DNA of 64,000 nt, taken from a virus (lineage: Duplodnaviria; Caudoviricetes). Below, piece by piece: positions 20,404-29,949 of this stretch. Both the position numbers and the translations under genes were made by a program. The stretch is taken from the IMG/VR virus record IMGVR_UViG_3300025401_000012; one strand, written 5' to 3'. Position 1 is the stretch's first letter; each line of letters opens with the position of its first letter. Under the pieces are notes generated by a model that had not been told where the DNA came from, did not search any database, and worked only from the letters and a program-made list of their open reading frames with translations.

Positions 20404-20805
20404 TTAGGATGTTTTGGCTAAATCTTTTTCACGTTCATTCATAGCTTTTATCAAACCAAACTTACGTATATCGTCACTAAACAACATTAGCTCAAAACTC
20501 TTGCGTTCAGAAAATAATGTAATACTATGATTGGTTAAGTAATATGGGCTATCCACATATCTTTCCAAAAAGATAATAGTTTGCGGACTTAATTCAATTG
20601 GTTCGGTAAATGGAACTTCATATTCTTTTAATTCCAATTCTTTAACCAAAAATTCATAACCTTCTTCGGTTAATCTAAATGCACTATCTTTACCTACTCT
20701 TGTACTTTTCCACCATTTACGTGAAAATAGTTGTACATTTGCATCGTCTATACTTTTCCCCCATTGCTCTAAAAATATTTTAGTCAATGTGTTACGACTT
20801 GTCAT
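20404..20805 (-). CDS. Hypothetical protein
   Basis: Coupled ORF (ATGA overlap). Confidence 0.55.
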   Translation of the reverse strand: MTSRNTLTKIFLEQWGKSIDDANVQLFSRKWWKSTRVGKDSAFRLTEEGYEFLVKELELKEYEVPFTEPIELSPQTIIFLERYVDSPYYLTNHSITLFSERKSFELMLFSDDIRKFGLIKAMNEREKDLAKTS

Positions 20806-21086
20806 TTCACAATAGTACCTTGTGTTAACTTGATTACTTGAAAATCTTCACAACCAAATGTAAGATTTAATTTTTTAGCTAAATTATGTGCATGTCCGGG
20901 ATTACTAAAAGATACTTTTTTATACTTCGGTCCAGGGTAAGACGTAAGGCTGTTAAAACTCTTTAAGTTGAAAGGCTCGTTTTTATAGAATACGGCCCAA
21001 ATGGCTTCTGATTCGAGAATTTGTTCAGCTTTGTAATTTTTCTTGTTTATGTATTCAAGTAATATCTTTGGCTTTGGTCTGCTCAT
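20802..21086 (-). CDS. Hypothetical protein (basic)
   Basis: TAGGA RBS; TAAATA motif at 21113-21118. Confidence 0.6.
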   Translation of the reverse strand: MSRPKPKILLEYINKKNYKAEQILESEAIWAVFYKNEPFNLKSFNSLTSYPGPKYKKVSFSNPGHAHNLAKKLNLTFGCEDFQVIKLTQGTIVK

Positions 21087-21124
21087 ATACGTATCCTAAT
21101 AATATACGTATATATTTATCCAAT

Positions 21125-21367
21125 TTAGCTTTTAAAATCACCACCGTCTAACATAACACTAACTACTTCGTTATCTGTACTAGTTTTAAGACTATTATAC
21201 AAATTTTCATAATCTTGTACTAACTTGTCTTGAATTTCGTTTAATGCTAGACTAAGTAGTCGTGCTTGTTGTATTGGTATCTTAACTTCTTTACTTTGGC
21301 TTAATTCAGCAGCACGTAGCTGCTGAATAAATTGAGTAATAGGTGATAAATTAATCTGATTTGACAT
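21125..21367 (-). CDS. Hypothetical protein
   Basis: Packed ORF. Confidence 0.5.
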   Translation of the reverse strand: MSNQINLSPITQFIQQLRAAELSQSKEVKIPIQQARLLSLALNEIQDKLVQDYENLYNSLKTSTDNEVVSVMLDGGDFKS

Positions 21368-21830
21368 TACTTAGTACCTGTTTCATTTCAAATTCTGTTT
21401 TAAACGGACCTTTGTAAGGATTGCGTTCTAGTGTAATTAGTTTAGGACACCAACTTTTAACCCAACCTTTGTTAAATTGAATTGTATAATATCCTGCACA
21501 ATACAAACTTTTACTTTGCAGACTTTTAGTAAACAATGGTAATTTATTTCTTACATCGTACATAGTATTATACGGTGTAACACTAGTAGGAAACCCGTGA
21601 CATTCATTGGGCTCTGCTTGTGTAATTTTAACTTTTGGACTAGTTAGGAAAAATCTTTCTCCAAACTGTTTAGTTAAGTCTTGTTTTTTGTTAAACATAA
21701 CTTCGCCGTTAGTGCTACTTAAGACGAATTTATTATTTTCTTTTTTGTGTAGTGTTGCAATCTTAGTACCGTCCTGTTCTACGATCCAAAACTTACCATC
21801 CACTATAGGCTTGGCGTGTATTTCTGTCAT
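21351..21830 (-). CDS. Hypothetical protein
   Basis: AAGGAG RBS; TAAATA motif at 21882. Confidence 0.6.
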   Translation of the reverse strand: MTEIHAKPIVDGKFWIVEQDGTKIATLHKKENNKFVLSSTNGEVMFNKKQDLTKQFGERFFLTSPKVKITQAEPNECHGFPTSVTPYNTMYDVRNKLPLFTKSLQSKSLYCAGYYTIQFNKGWVKSWCPKLITLERNPYKGPFKTEFEMKQVLSNVKSD

Positions 21831-21891
21831 TTTGTTCTCCTTAGTATTACAAAGGCCCTGACGGCACCCGAGTAATATACGTATTTATCTC

Positions 21892-22395
21892 TCATTCTTC
21901 TTTGAAATCTACAACATTGCCGTCAGCATCTGCGCAGATAATACGGACAGTATCGCCGCCTTCGTTTTTAATTTCAATAGGACCCCAGATCCACCATTCC
22001 GTATCGCCTTGACTCCACGGATCGTCTTCACGTTCTTCCAATTCATATGGGCTGTTATCATCAAGAAATTCTTGAATTTCTTCTTCCTCTTCTTCAGACA
22101 GCCCTTCAAATTCTACATTGTACCAGCATCCGCCGTCGAACATTTCGACAAGATCAACGCTTTCAATATTGTTGACTTCGCAGTCTAGCATATTAATACT
22201 GTCTCGTTTACCATCCCCGCCAGGTACTTCTACAAATTCAAATTCGGGAGGATTATCGTCTGTAGTTTCTACGGTCCATTCGCCATAACGGAAACCGTTA
22301 GTGACAGTAACTTTTCCATCACCGTTACGCTGATGGTATGTTTCGACTTCTTGACAAGATTTTTTATAATATGTGCTAACGGTCCACTGTGTCAT
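21892..22395 (-). CDS. Acidic hypothetical protein
   Basis: Likely start MTQWTV at 22395 (AAGGAAG RBS); E/D-rich. Confidence 0.6.
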   Translation of the reverse strand: MTQWTVSTYYKKSCQEVETYHQRNGDGKVTVTNGFRYGEWTVETTDDNPPEFEFVEVPGGDGKRDSINMLDCEVNNIESVDLVEMFDGGCWYNVEFEGLSEEEEEEIQEFLDDNSPYELEEREDDPWSQGDTEWWIWGPIEIKNEGGDTVRIICADADGNVVDFKEE

Positions 22396-22396
22396 T

Positions 22397-23383
22397 TTAT
22401 TCTTCCTTATATTTTGCTTGAAAAGGCTCTGCGTATTGCTGAATATTTTCAGCAATTTTCTTCATATCCCATGCGTTACAGAATTTAAGCATACGGATAC
22501 CAACTTGGCTAACATCTTTAGGTTTAGCATTAGCTTCGATTGTTTCTTTAATTTTAACCTTAATATCTTCGGGTTGCGCTGTTAAGTCGCATAATTGCAC
22601 GTTACGCTGATAGTCTTCTAAAACTCTGTGTTCGACTCCATTATGGTCAACCCATCTCTGAAGCATGAGATTGTTCCACGCAAATCCTTTGGCTTTACGA
22701 TCTTCGAACGCTTCTGTAAGACCAACTTTGTTTTTAGAACCTTTAGTACGCACACCCGGATACGCCGAGAAGACATTATCACTGGTATCACCACGCATGC
22801 ATTTTTCGAATAGCATCCATTCTGGGTCTTGCGCTGGCTTTGGCTCGCCTGTCTTTTTGTCTTTAACTGGTTTACCTTTTGCATCAAAGATACCTTCGTG
22901 TGTAATATGCAAGTCTCCTACACCGTTATATTGACTTACATTCGGACTGACTAATTGTGCAAAATCTCCGTCTGTTGAGATAATAACATGTTTTGCAGAC
23001 GGATGAGCTTGTATCCAACCTGCAATCAAATCATCAGCTTCTAAATTAGGATGTTGCATTACAGTAGCATTGGTCTTTTCTGTAATAAAATTCTTAAATT
23101 CGTCAAATGCTTCCCAGAACAATTTATCTTCATCTTGTTCTTTTTGTGTCATAGCCGCACGAGTTTCTTGTCTATTAGCTTTGTAAGGCTTGTAATAGTC
23201 CTTACGCCAGCTTCGACCTTCGAGACAGAATACTACATGACCGCCACCGAAATCTTGCCAAGCCTTTTTAATACTGTTAAGCGTGATATGAAACGCCATA
23301 CCAAGTTTAATATCGGCAGAGCCTTGCACTACATGCCGAGCACGAAAAAATGTATTAGCGGTATCAACAATTATATATGTCAT
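22397..23383 (-). CDS. rnh: 5'-3' exonuclease / T4 RNase H-like FEN nuclease
   Basis: IIVDTAN, SWRKDYYKPYKANR, LEADDLI, ISTDGDF and GDTSDNV are the FEN acidic motifs. Confidence 0.9.
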   Translation of the reverse strand: MTYIIVDTANTFFRARHVVQGSADIKLGMAFHITLNSIKKAWQDFGGGHVVFCLEGRSWRKDYYKPYKANRQETRAAMTQKEQDEDKLFWEAFDEFKNFITEKTNATVMQHPNLEADDLIAGWIQAHPSAKHVIISTDGDFAQLVSPNVSQYNGVGDLHITHEGIFDAKGKPVKDKKTGEPKPAQDPEWMLFEKCMRGDTSDNVFSAYPGVRTKGSKNKVGLTEAFEDRKAKGFAWNNLMLQRWVDHNGVEHRVLEDYQRNVQLCDLTAQPEDIKVKIKETIEANAKPKDVSQVGIRMLKFCNAWDMKKIAENIQQYAEPFQAKYKEE

Positions 23384-23814
23384 TCTACGACGGATTTACC
23401 GTTTCCTAGTTTACTCACATTAATAAAACCAGCACTAGATCTACCTGGATCTTGTCCTGCCTCGGCTAGCATATTTGATGCCAAATCTCTAAACCAGCGA
23501 TCTACAATCTCTTCATCAGGATCGCCATCAAATCCATATCCAGCTTGCTTCAATTGTACTATAAATTCCGCATTCCAGTCAAGTTCAAAAAAGCCATTTC
23601 GTATATTATCTTTGTTTACATGTGTATCCAAAACAGCTACATACGGCTCTCCTCTGGCTGTAGCACGAGATTTTGGATCCATTTTTGCTTCTTGTTCGGC
23701 AACTTGAGCTTCGGCAGTTGCAGCAACTGCTTTAGCTTCCATTTCTTTAAGAGTTTTTAAATTTTCTTCCAGTTGATCGATGCCGAACCATTTTTTAATT
23801 AAATTTTTAATCAT
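23380..23814 (-). CDS. Hypothetical protein
   Basis: Coupled ORF. Confidence 0.55.
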   Translation of the reverse strand: MIKNLIKKWFGIDQLEENLKTLKEMEAKAVAATAEAQVAEQEAKMDPKSRATARGEPYVAVLDTHVNKDNIRNGFFELDWNAEFIVQLKQAGYGFDGDPDEEIVDRWFRDLASNMLAEAGQDPGRSSAGFINVSKLGNGKSVVE

Positions 23815-23998
23815 TTTTCTTTTCCATACAATTACAATCTCTGCCTTGTCTACAATTGCCAGTACAAGAACTATTAATATTTTTAGTCCATCTTAATAAT
23901 AAACAAATTATTATTACCCAACCAATTATAAAACAAAACATAAAGAACATATTAAGTACCCCACTCATTTTTAAATAATGGCACTTGTAGTCTATCAC
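23807..23998 (-). CDS. Small membrane protein with Cys-rich tail
   Basis: One hydrophobic helix then CTGNCRQGRDCNC. True start is probably near 23950. Confidence 0.45.
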   Translation of the reverse strand: MIDYKCHYLKMSGVLNMFFMFCFIIGWVIIICLLLRWTKNINSSCTGNCRQGRDCNCMEKKND

Positions 23999-24803
23999 TA
24001 TAACGTAAACCTGCCTTCATAGCTAGTTCTGCTACACGTCGATTATTCAATGCATATACACTTTCTACTCCGCCTACTGGCATAAAATAAACAGCACCTT
24101 CAAATCCTAATGCACGATAAATGTCCATTACTTCTAGTGCTTCGTATGCATCATCTTCTGTGGCAATAACAAATTTTAAATAAGTCGGTCCTACTTCTTG
24201 ATACTCTAAAACAACATCTGGTTTAATAGCATCTTCACGTTTTTCTCCGCTACAGCTTAATTTTGGACTTACACTAAATGTTACAGCACGTGGATAATTA
24301 TTTCTAATAGACCATTCACTTAGATAGTCTTTAAATTCTTGTGTTAAATTTTGAGTACCATTAGTTTCAAATGTAATTTCTTTTAAATTACGCATGTCAG
24401 TATGATCGAGCAAGTCTGGATAGGCTTTCTGCCAACCTAACAAAGGTTCACCGCCTGTAATTACAAGATGCTCATCTAACCATGTTTTGTAAGGAAGAAT
24501 TTCCATAATACGATTTACAATAGCATCACTGGTAAGCATTGGACTGAGATCTTTAAAGCTAGGATGCCAACTAGCATAACTGTCACATCCTGTACTAACT
24601 AAAGGTAGTTCTTCGTACTTATTAAAGTGGAACGCCACTTGTGCAATATCGTCGGCTTCGGTACTAAGTTCGCCTCGAGGCATACCAAAGCCTGCACATT
24701 TAAAGTTACAACCAAATGTGCGCAAGAAAACAGACGGTACTCCCATGTATCGTCCTTCACCTTGAATACTATAAAATAATTCTGCTATTTTTAATTTACT
24801 CAT
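23952..24803 (-). CDS. queE: 7-carboxy-7-deazaguanine synthase (radical SAM)
   Basis: IAELFYSIQGEG, RTFGCNFKC...GCDS (about 30-aa insert before the third Cys), VITGGEPL, FETNGT, SVSPKL, RLQVPLF. Confidence 0.9.
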   Translation of the reverse strand: MSKLKIAELFYSIQGEGRYMGVPSVFLRTFGCNFKCAGFGMPRGELSTEADDIAQVAFHFNKYEELPLVSTGCDSYASWHPSFKDLSPMLTSDAIVNRIMEILPYKTWLDEHLVITGGEPLLGWQKAYPDLLDHTDMRNLKEITFETNGTQNLTQEFKDYLSEWSIRNNYPRAVTFSVSPKLSCSGEKREDAIKPDVVLEYQEVGPTYLKFVIATEDDAYEALEVMDIYRALGFEGAVYFMPVGGVESVYALNNRRVAELAMKAGLRYSDRLQVPLFKNEWGT

Positions 24804-25050
24804 CTTCGTCTCTTTCTAAATATTGACTTACTTGATCTTCTGCATCTTGTATACTTTCGGCCCATACTGTAAATGTAGCAATACCTTTACTAGCACTGAT
24901 ATTAAAAGGAACAGTACCATTGGGCAACCAATTGGGACCAACTTCACGTTTAATCTCAAACTTATTTAGGTCTGTAGTTTTCATACGATAAATTAATTCG
25001 TCGGTTAATTGTTTTGCGTTAGTCATTATTTTTTGTCCTCCCATTTCCAC
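24796..25050 (-). CDS. Hypothetical protein
   Basis: Packed between folE and queE. Confidence 0.5.
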   Translation of the reverse strand: MEMGGQKIMTNAKQLTDELIYRMKTTDLNKFEIKREVGPNWLPNGTVPFNISASKGIATFTVWAESIQDAEDQVSQYLERDEDE

Positions 25051-25217
25051 GGCTTGTCATTTCCTGCCCAATCTTGGACATCACAACTCCAACACATTAA
25101 ACGATTATAGGTTGGATACAACCAACCTAAATCAAACCAGTGCATTGGAAAACTAATCCAATGCCCTAAGTAGTATAACACTTCACTTAGTATTCTTGCA
25201 AATACTTTTTTAATCAT
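25026..25217 (-). CDS. Small Trp-rich hypothetical protein
   Basis: ATGA-coupled to folE. Confidence 0.5.
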   Translation of the reverse strand: MIKKVFARILSEVLYYLGHWISFPMHWFDLGWLYPTYNRLMCWSCDVQDWAGNDKPWKWEDKK

Positions 25218-25984
25218 TTTGAAGCATACTCTTGTTGCATTTTGATATTGTCAAAGAATTCTTTCTTTGTACCCATATCGTCTTTAAACGCACCTTTTAA
25301 TACTGTAGTCTGTGTTAAACTACTCTTAGCCATAATACCACGATTCTCACAGCAACCATGTGTCATTTGAATATAAACACCTAAGTCTGTTGCTCCGGTA
25401 GCTTTACCAATCTCGCGGGCAATGTCATTACAAAGTTCCTCCTGGAGAGTTCCACGTCGGGCACACCACTGTGCAATCCTGGTATACTTGCTAAGTCCGA
25501 TGAGTTTCTGCGCCGCAATAATACCAATATAAGCAACACCAACAACGGGTTGGTGATGATGGCTACACATACTGCGGAGCTCACTACGAACAACCAACAT
25601 ACCTTCGTAACGATCCACCGAATCATTTGGAAATGCTGTTGCGTCTGGTGCTGTGTCATATCTTCCTGCCATTATTTCATTAAAGTACATTTTAGCAAGA
25701 CGCTTTGCTGTACCTTTAGAGTTTGGATCTGTTTCTCGATCAATAAGCAACCGATCTAATACAGTTTCAAATGCCTCAGTTGCTTCTTCAATTAGTTTTG
25801 CTTTGTCTTCTTCGCTAACATAGTCGCTGATATTATCGCCAGCCCAAAAGCGTTTGCCTTCGCGTTTCATTTTAAATCGAAGATGATCTCCAAGATATGC
25901 TTCTTTATATTCTTTATTGTCATCGTCTTGCTGGTTAGCACCAGCTAACACATTTTTTAAATCTTCTGTTGTAAATGTAGTCAA
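25214..25984 (-). CDS. folE: GTP cyclohydrolase I
   Basis: TAKRLAKMY, SMCSHHHQP (Zn CxHH), GLSKYTRIA, QEEL, HGCCENRG. TTG start with AGGAG RBS. Confidence 0.95.
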   Translation of the reverse strand: MTTFTTEDLKNVLAGANQQDDDNKEYKEAYLGDHLRFKMKREGKRFWAGDNISDYVSEEDKAKLIEEATEAFETVLDRLLIDRETDPNSKGTAKRLAKMYFNEIMAGRYDTAPDATAFPNDSVDRYEGMLVVRSELRSMCSHHHQPVVGVAYIGIIAAQKLIGLSKYTRIAQWCARRGTLQEELCNDIAREIGKATGATDLGVYIQMTHGCCENRGIMAKSSLTQTTVLKGAFKDDMGTKKEFFDNIKMQQEYASK

Positions 25985-26004
25985 TTGATTCTCCTATCTG
26001 TTAT

Positions 26005-26033
26005 ATTATATAGGTTTATTTAGGTTTATTCAA
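26005..26033 (-). promoter_or_regulatory. Sigma70 promoter TTGAAT-N17-TATAAT for folE-queE
   Basis: Exact 17-nt spacing, directly upstream of the RBS. Confidence 0.7.
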
Positions 26034-26234
26034 GATATTTTCTGCTCGAAGTTTGCGACAAGCTTCTTTAACTGGTATAGGATAATCTGGACTTATTTCT
26101 GCTATTGAACAATCATACTTAACAACCACATGTGGATGTGTATAATTGTAGTAAACGGCAAATACTACTAGTAGTATTCCTAGTAGTAATACACTATAAA
26201 AGTCTAAATTCTGTCTGAAAGTAGAATCTTGCAT
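26016..26234 (-). CDS. Small single-TM protein
   Basis: Hydrophobic N-terminal helix. Confidence 0.5.
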   Translation of the reverse strand: MQDSTFRQNLDFYSVLLLGILLVVFAVYYNYTHPHVVVKYDCSIAEISPDYPIPVKEACRKLRAENILNKPK

Positions 26235-26407
26235 AATTCATAATCCTTTTTAGAATTAAAATAAAACGCCATATCTTCATATCTTGGATGATATGTATAA
26301 CGTTCTCCGGGTAAACCAAACACTTCTACTACATCAGCACAGGTGTCATTCCACCAATTATTATCTTGATTATGCCATGGTATTGTAATTTTAAAGTTTT
26401 CTTTCAT
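26204..26407 (-). CDS. Hypothetical protein
   Basis: Likely start MKENFKITIPW at 26407. Confidence 0.5.
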   Translation of the reverse strand: MKENFKITIPWHNQDNNWWNDTCADVVEVFGLPGERYTYHPRYEDMAFYFNSKKDYELCKILLSDRI

Positions 26408-26549
26408 TACGTTTGGCTTCTGCAAGTTGCTCTTCTAAATATTCTTTGTAAAAATTTAAAGTATCTATTGCTTTGATATCGTTAATTTTTTTTAAATCCT
26501 CATTAACAGATGCAATTTTTTCTTCTAATTCTTTAACAGATAATGTCAT
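26391..26549 (-). CDS. 52-aa coiled-coil hypothetical protein (not in the ORF track)
   Basis: Hand translation MTLSVKELEEKIASVNEDL...RNERKL fills the gap with overlaps on both sides. Confidence 0.55.
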   Translation of the reverse strand: MTLSVKELEEKIASVNEDLKKINDIKAIDTLNFYKEYLEEQLAEAKRNERKL

Positions 26550-26776
26550 TTTCTAAATTTTCCTGCAACACTACTACCGAATAATATATTAAAGGCCAAC
26601 CAAGTTTGCCAAGTTAACGGAATATTTAAATACTGAGGGAACAGGGTATTCAAACTCCAAATTCCGATAATTGGACCAATAGCAAGAGCAATGATAATAA
26701 ATGCAATGCCAATTAATAATTTTATTAATGCTGAAGTCATAACCAAAAATTCTCCCAAGGATAAACTAACCAACAA
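26546..26776 (-). CDS. Small membrane protein
   Basis: Two hydrophobic segments. Confidence 0.5.
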   Translation of the reverse strand: MLVSLSLGEFLVMTSALIKLLIGIAFIIIALAIGPIIGIWSLNTLFPQYLNIPLTWQTWLAFNILFGSSVAGKFRK

Positions 26777-27231
26777 TCTTCATCTCTTTTGTCTACAGTC
26801 CAAACATAATAGTCTGGATCTTTAAATTCACTGCCTAAGTTATGAGTCAATACTGCAAATCGAACATTGTCGCCCCATACATGATCCCATATACTAGTAT
26901 TGCCGGGCAAGCAACTCGCTTGCCAGTCTTTTTTGATCCAGGCTACTGTAGAGCCTTGATCATTGATATCATCTACTACTAATATCTTAGTACCTTCGTA
27001 AGCATCCTCTGCCATGCTACAATTACTAACGCAATCACCACCGTCACGAAGGCTAACGTCTAGGCTTGACATTTTAATGCCAGTATATTGACTAAGCAAA
27101 TTAGCTGGTACAAGTCCACCACGGGTTATACCCACAATATAGTCAGGCTTCCAATCGTGTGCTGACATTTGGCGAGCAATATCCAATACCGCTCCTTCGA
27201 CTTGTTGCCAGGTATAATATACTTTCTTCAT
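26737..27231 (-). CDS. Type I phosphoribosyltransferase (purine PRTase-like)
   Basis: IVGITRGGLVPA, the PRPP loop ILVVDDINDQGST, and WLVYPWE. Confidence 0.9.
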   Translation of the reverse strand: MKKVYYTWQQVEGAVLDIARQMSAHDWKPDYIVGITRGGLVPANLLSQYTGIKMSSLDVSLRDGGDCVSNCSMAEDAYEGTKILVVDDINDQGSTVAWIKKDWQASCLPGNTSIWDHVWGDNVRFAVLTHNLGSEFKDPDYYVWTVDKRDEDCWLVYPWENFWL

Positions 27232-27506
27232 GCAGTTAACCCGTACGCCAGTGCCTGTAATTCTTCTGTAGTCATGAAATAATTATACGTAGCCGTATCA
27301 GTTATTTCACCATCCTTTAGAGTTTGTTGTTCTAAATTAATACTAAACAACCCTTTTGGGGCAAGTACTTCGTGCTTTTTCAACACAAGACGAAATCCTT
27401 CGTGTTCCTTGATAATCATTTCTTTATAAGTATCTTTAACTGATTCATGTAGTTCCATCGTCATCTCCTTTAATTGCTTCAAATGTTCTGTATTTGCCCA
27501 AAGCAT
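27228..27506 (-). CDS. Hypothetical protein
   Basis: Packed ORF; true start is uncertain. Confidence 0.5.
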   Translation of the reverse strand: MLWANTEHLKQLKEMTMELHESVKDTYKEMIIKEHEGFRLVLKKHEVLAPKGLFSINLEQQTLKDGEITDTATYNYFMTTEELQALAYGLTA

Positions 27507-27801
27507 TTATGTACTGATCGTACAATTCTTTGAGCTTTGGATGTTTATGTTCTAGTTTAACATCTCTTTCAGGGATTTGCAATACTGTTTCGATTGTCTT
27601 TAACCGTTCTTCTAAATCAACTCCGTTAATAACCATGTTACCTTTAACTTCTATGGTAGGCGGATTGGTTTGATTAATTATCATTACTTCACTGTTTGGA
27701 ACACTTGTACCAGTAGTCCAAACAGTATTTGTACCAGTTGATGTTAGGTAAGCACCGTTTGGTATAGCGGTCGTATTAGTTGTGGTTGGGAAGTAGGCCA
27801 T
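27445..27801 (-). CDS. Hypothetical protein with Thr-rich N-terminus
   Basis: Packed ORF. Confidence 0.5.
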   Translation of the reverse strand: MAYFPTTTNTTAIPNGAYLTSTGTNTVWTTGTSVPNSEVMIINQTNPPTIEVKGNMVINGVDLEERLKTIETVLQIPERDVKLEHKHPKLKELYDQYINALGKYRTFEAIKGDDDGTT

Positions 27802-28270
27802 TCTTTCTATCACTTAGATATTTTTCAAAGTGGATCCATTTATTTTCAACAATAAATCCCCACTCACGTTGACGTTTGCCTACAAAGAACAATGTCCAAG
27901 GAGTAACGCCTTCTTTTAATTCAATACGATGGAAGGTATGTGTGTTACCAAAACGGAAACTACCTGGGCCACGCCACACTCTTACTTCGCAATTCTTTGT
28001 ACCGTCTTCGTTAAACTGTGCGATCCACTCATAGTAGCCACCAGCAAGAATAATAGTAAAGTAATTCCATGGATGATCATGAACGTCATCTGGATCTGAC
28101 TTTAAGAACTTGTGTAAAAATACATTATAAGGAAATGTTACACGTTCTTTAAAAAGAACATAGTAACGTTCCAAGTATGGCTCGTTTTCTGTACGATCCA
28201 TAATAATGCGTTTACGGTCATGGCGTTCAAGCCAATTAAGGAATTGGTCTTTGATCTTCTGGAGTATCAT
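27776..28270 (-). CDS. Cupin-fold metal-binding protein
   Basis: LHKFLKSD...HDHPW...GGYYE...HTFHRIEL...WTLFFVG is the cupin HxH..E..H pattern. Confidence 0.7.
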   Translation of the reverse strand: MILQKIKDQFLNWLERHDRKRIIMDRTENEPYLERYYVLFKERVTFPYNVFLHKFLKSDPDDVHDHPWNYFTIILAGGYYEWIAQFNEDGTKNCEVRVWRGPGSFRFGNTHTFHRIELKEGVTPWTLFFVGKRQREWGFIVENKWIHFEKYLSDRKNGLLPNHN

Positions 28271-28652
28271 AGTGGTCTTTCACTAGTTTATATGTTGTCT
28301 TAAATTTTTCAAATGCTATTTTTAATCCGGGATATTCTTCACACATCTTTTGTACTTTATTCCAATCAGGAAATTGATCCTTCCATTCTTCAGGTAACTG
28401 AAAACTATATGCTTTTATGTCGTCTGTCGATAACGAACTAATGCTAATAGTACCGCTACTGGTAAGACCTGAACCGATATTATACCCGCCACCAGCTATT
28501 GTATTATAGTAATAATTAGAACTAGAAGTACCTATTGTTACATTATTGATACCGCCACTTGCTACTGATATATTAGCAAATGTGCTAGTATCGATAGTTA
28601 TTGTATCAGTTGAGGTTATTGAGTAACTCTGTGGCACTGAAGAAGTTGTCAT
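28236..28652 (-). CDS. Hypothetical protein with S/T-rich N-terminus
   Basis: Packed ORF. Confidence 0.5.
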   Translation of the reverse strand: MTTSSVPQSYSITSTDTITIDTSTFANISVASGGINNVTIGTSSSNYYYNTIAGGGYNIGSGLTSSGTISISSLSTDDIKAYSFQLPEEWKDQFPDWNKVQKMCEEYPGLKIAFEKFKTTYKLVKDHYDTPEDQRPIP

Positions 28653-29697
28653 GTAAGTCCTTTGATTGTTTTCGGATCACAGGAATTCTTGTTGCATAAT
28701 TATCCATATGTTCCATTATCTTGCGACACAAATCCGGCCTGTAAACAGTATAAGCATCAAAACTTTCAGTCCATTTACTTGGATATTTAAATGTGTCGTA
28801 ATACATTTCTGTATAACTTAAACGATCCGGAACCATAGGAATAGCATCAACTACTGCACCTTCATAGCAACTAATGCCTAGTGTTTCTTGTAAGTTAGCA
28901 CTAAACACCATCTTCGCTTCGCCTAACAAGTTATGATATTCATTTTTTGTTAGTTGTTGATCCTGACACACTACAAATTCATACTGCGGTAAGTGTGTAG
29001 CTAAGTCTCGAAAAATCTCAACTTGCTTCTCGGGTGCAATACGATGCGGAAAAAGAATTAGGTCACGCTTGGGCATGTTCTTATATACAGTTAATGTATC
29101 TTCCATATACTCCATCGGCCAACCTGTGCGTACATATTTGCCAGACTCTAGCATATCTGCCTTGTCCTCTTCTTCCCATGGATTTTCAACCATTCCATCA
29201 TTTAATAAATTATGATGAAACATGTCAATATGGAATTGAGTAGCAAAGTAATTGTGATCAAATGCCGCAAAGAAACTTTTTTCAGCATGTCTAACCCAAG
29301 GCTTATTGCCAACAAGACGTCCAAGAAAATCTTGAGGATCATAACTGCCAGCATGCCAAAGTCCGTGTGTAACTACTGGAATGTTCAGCAGTTCGCTCAT
29401 GTATTTTAAGTTTATGATACCAGGATGCCAAGCATCAGTAAACAAGAAATGATCGCCAGGCTGAACTGATCCGGAGCAAAATAAACGCCCCATTTGTTCC
29501 ACTTGACTAGACTTATAGATATTGGTACCACCAAAATTAAGGAAAGCACCAGGAGTAGTGGCTGTAGGAATATCCGTAGGGCCAGATAGAATTTGAACAT
29601 TGTGTCCTGCCTTTCGTAAGAGATTAGGTACATGAGTCTTCCATTGACCCGTGTACCTAGTTTCTACCGCTTCTAGATCAATTAGAAAAACGTTCAT
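28606..29697 (-). CDS. GT-B (GT4-like) glycosyltransferase
   Basis: FPHRIAPEKQ and the E-x7-E motif LQETLGISCYEG, followed by VPDRLSYTEM. Confidence 0.8.
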   Translation of the reverse strand: MNVFLIDLEAVETRYTGQWKTHVPNLLRKAGHNVQILSGPTDIPTATTPGAFLNFGGTNIYKSSQVEQMGRLFCSGSVQPGDHFLFTDAWHPGIINLKYMSELLNIPVVTHGLWHAGSYDPQDFLGRLVGNKPWVRHAEKSFFAAFDHNYFATQFHIDMFHHNLLNDGMVENPWEEEDKADMLESGKYVRTGWPMEYMEDTLTVYKNMPKRDLILFPHRIAPEKQVEIFRDLATHLPQYEFVVCQDQQLTKNEYHNLLGEAKMVFSANLQETLGISCYEGAVVDAIPMVPDRLSYTEMYYDTFKYPSKWTESFDAYTVYRPDLCRKIMEHMDNYATRIPVIRKQSKDLHDNFFSATELLNNLN

Positions 29698-29938
29698 TGT
29701 TATTATAACGTGGATTTTTACCTAAATAAGGTTTACGTTCGCCTGTGTAAGGCTTTTTAGGGCGACGTGTTTTATCAAAATTACGCCATTGCCAGCTTTC
29801 TCTGTTATAAAGATGAGCCTCATCGAACGGTGCCCCCTCCATCTTACACCAATCTAAAAATGCTTCGAGATCTTCAAAGATTTTAACGATATCGGGGCGG
29901 GCTTCGAAATAACTAAAGTCCTTGTAGTTTGTAGCCAT
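29678..29938 (-). CDS. Hypothetical protein
   Basis: AGGAAAG RBS; lies between dpdL-like and the GT-B gene. Confidence 0.55.
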   Translation of the reverse strand: MATNYKDFSYFEARPDIVKIFEDLEAFLDWCKMEGAPFDEAHLYNRESWQWRNFDKTRRPKKPYTGERKPYLGKNPRYNNNERFSN

Positions 29939-29949
29939 TATAGCTTTCC

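Noticed and set aside
25985-26033. preQ1 riboswitch upstream of folE/queE
   Set aside because: The leader is too short and no preQ1-I consensus was seen; the promoter sits directly on the RBS.
26737-27231. Nicotinamide PRTase forming an NAD-rebuilding pair with the HxGH enzyme
   Set aside because: This is a small type I purine PRTase fold, not the large type II Nampt, and it lies 21 kb away.
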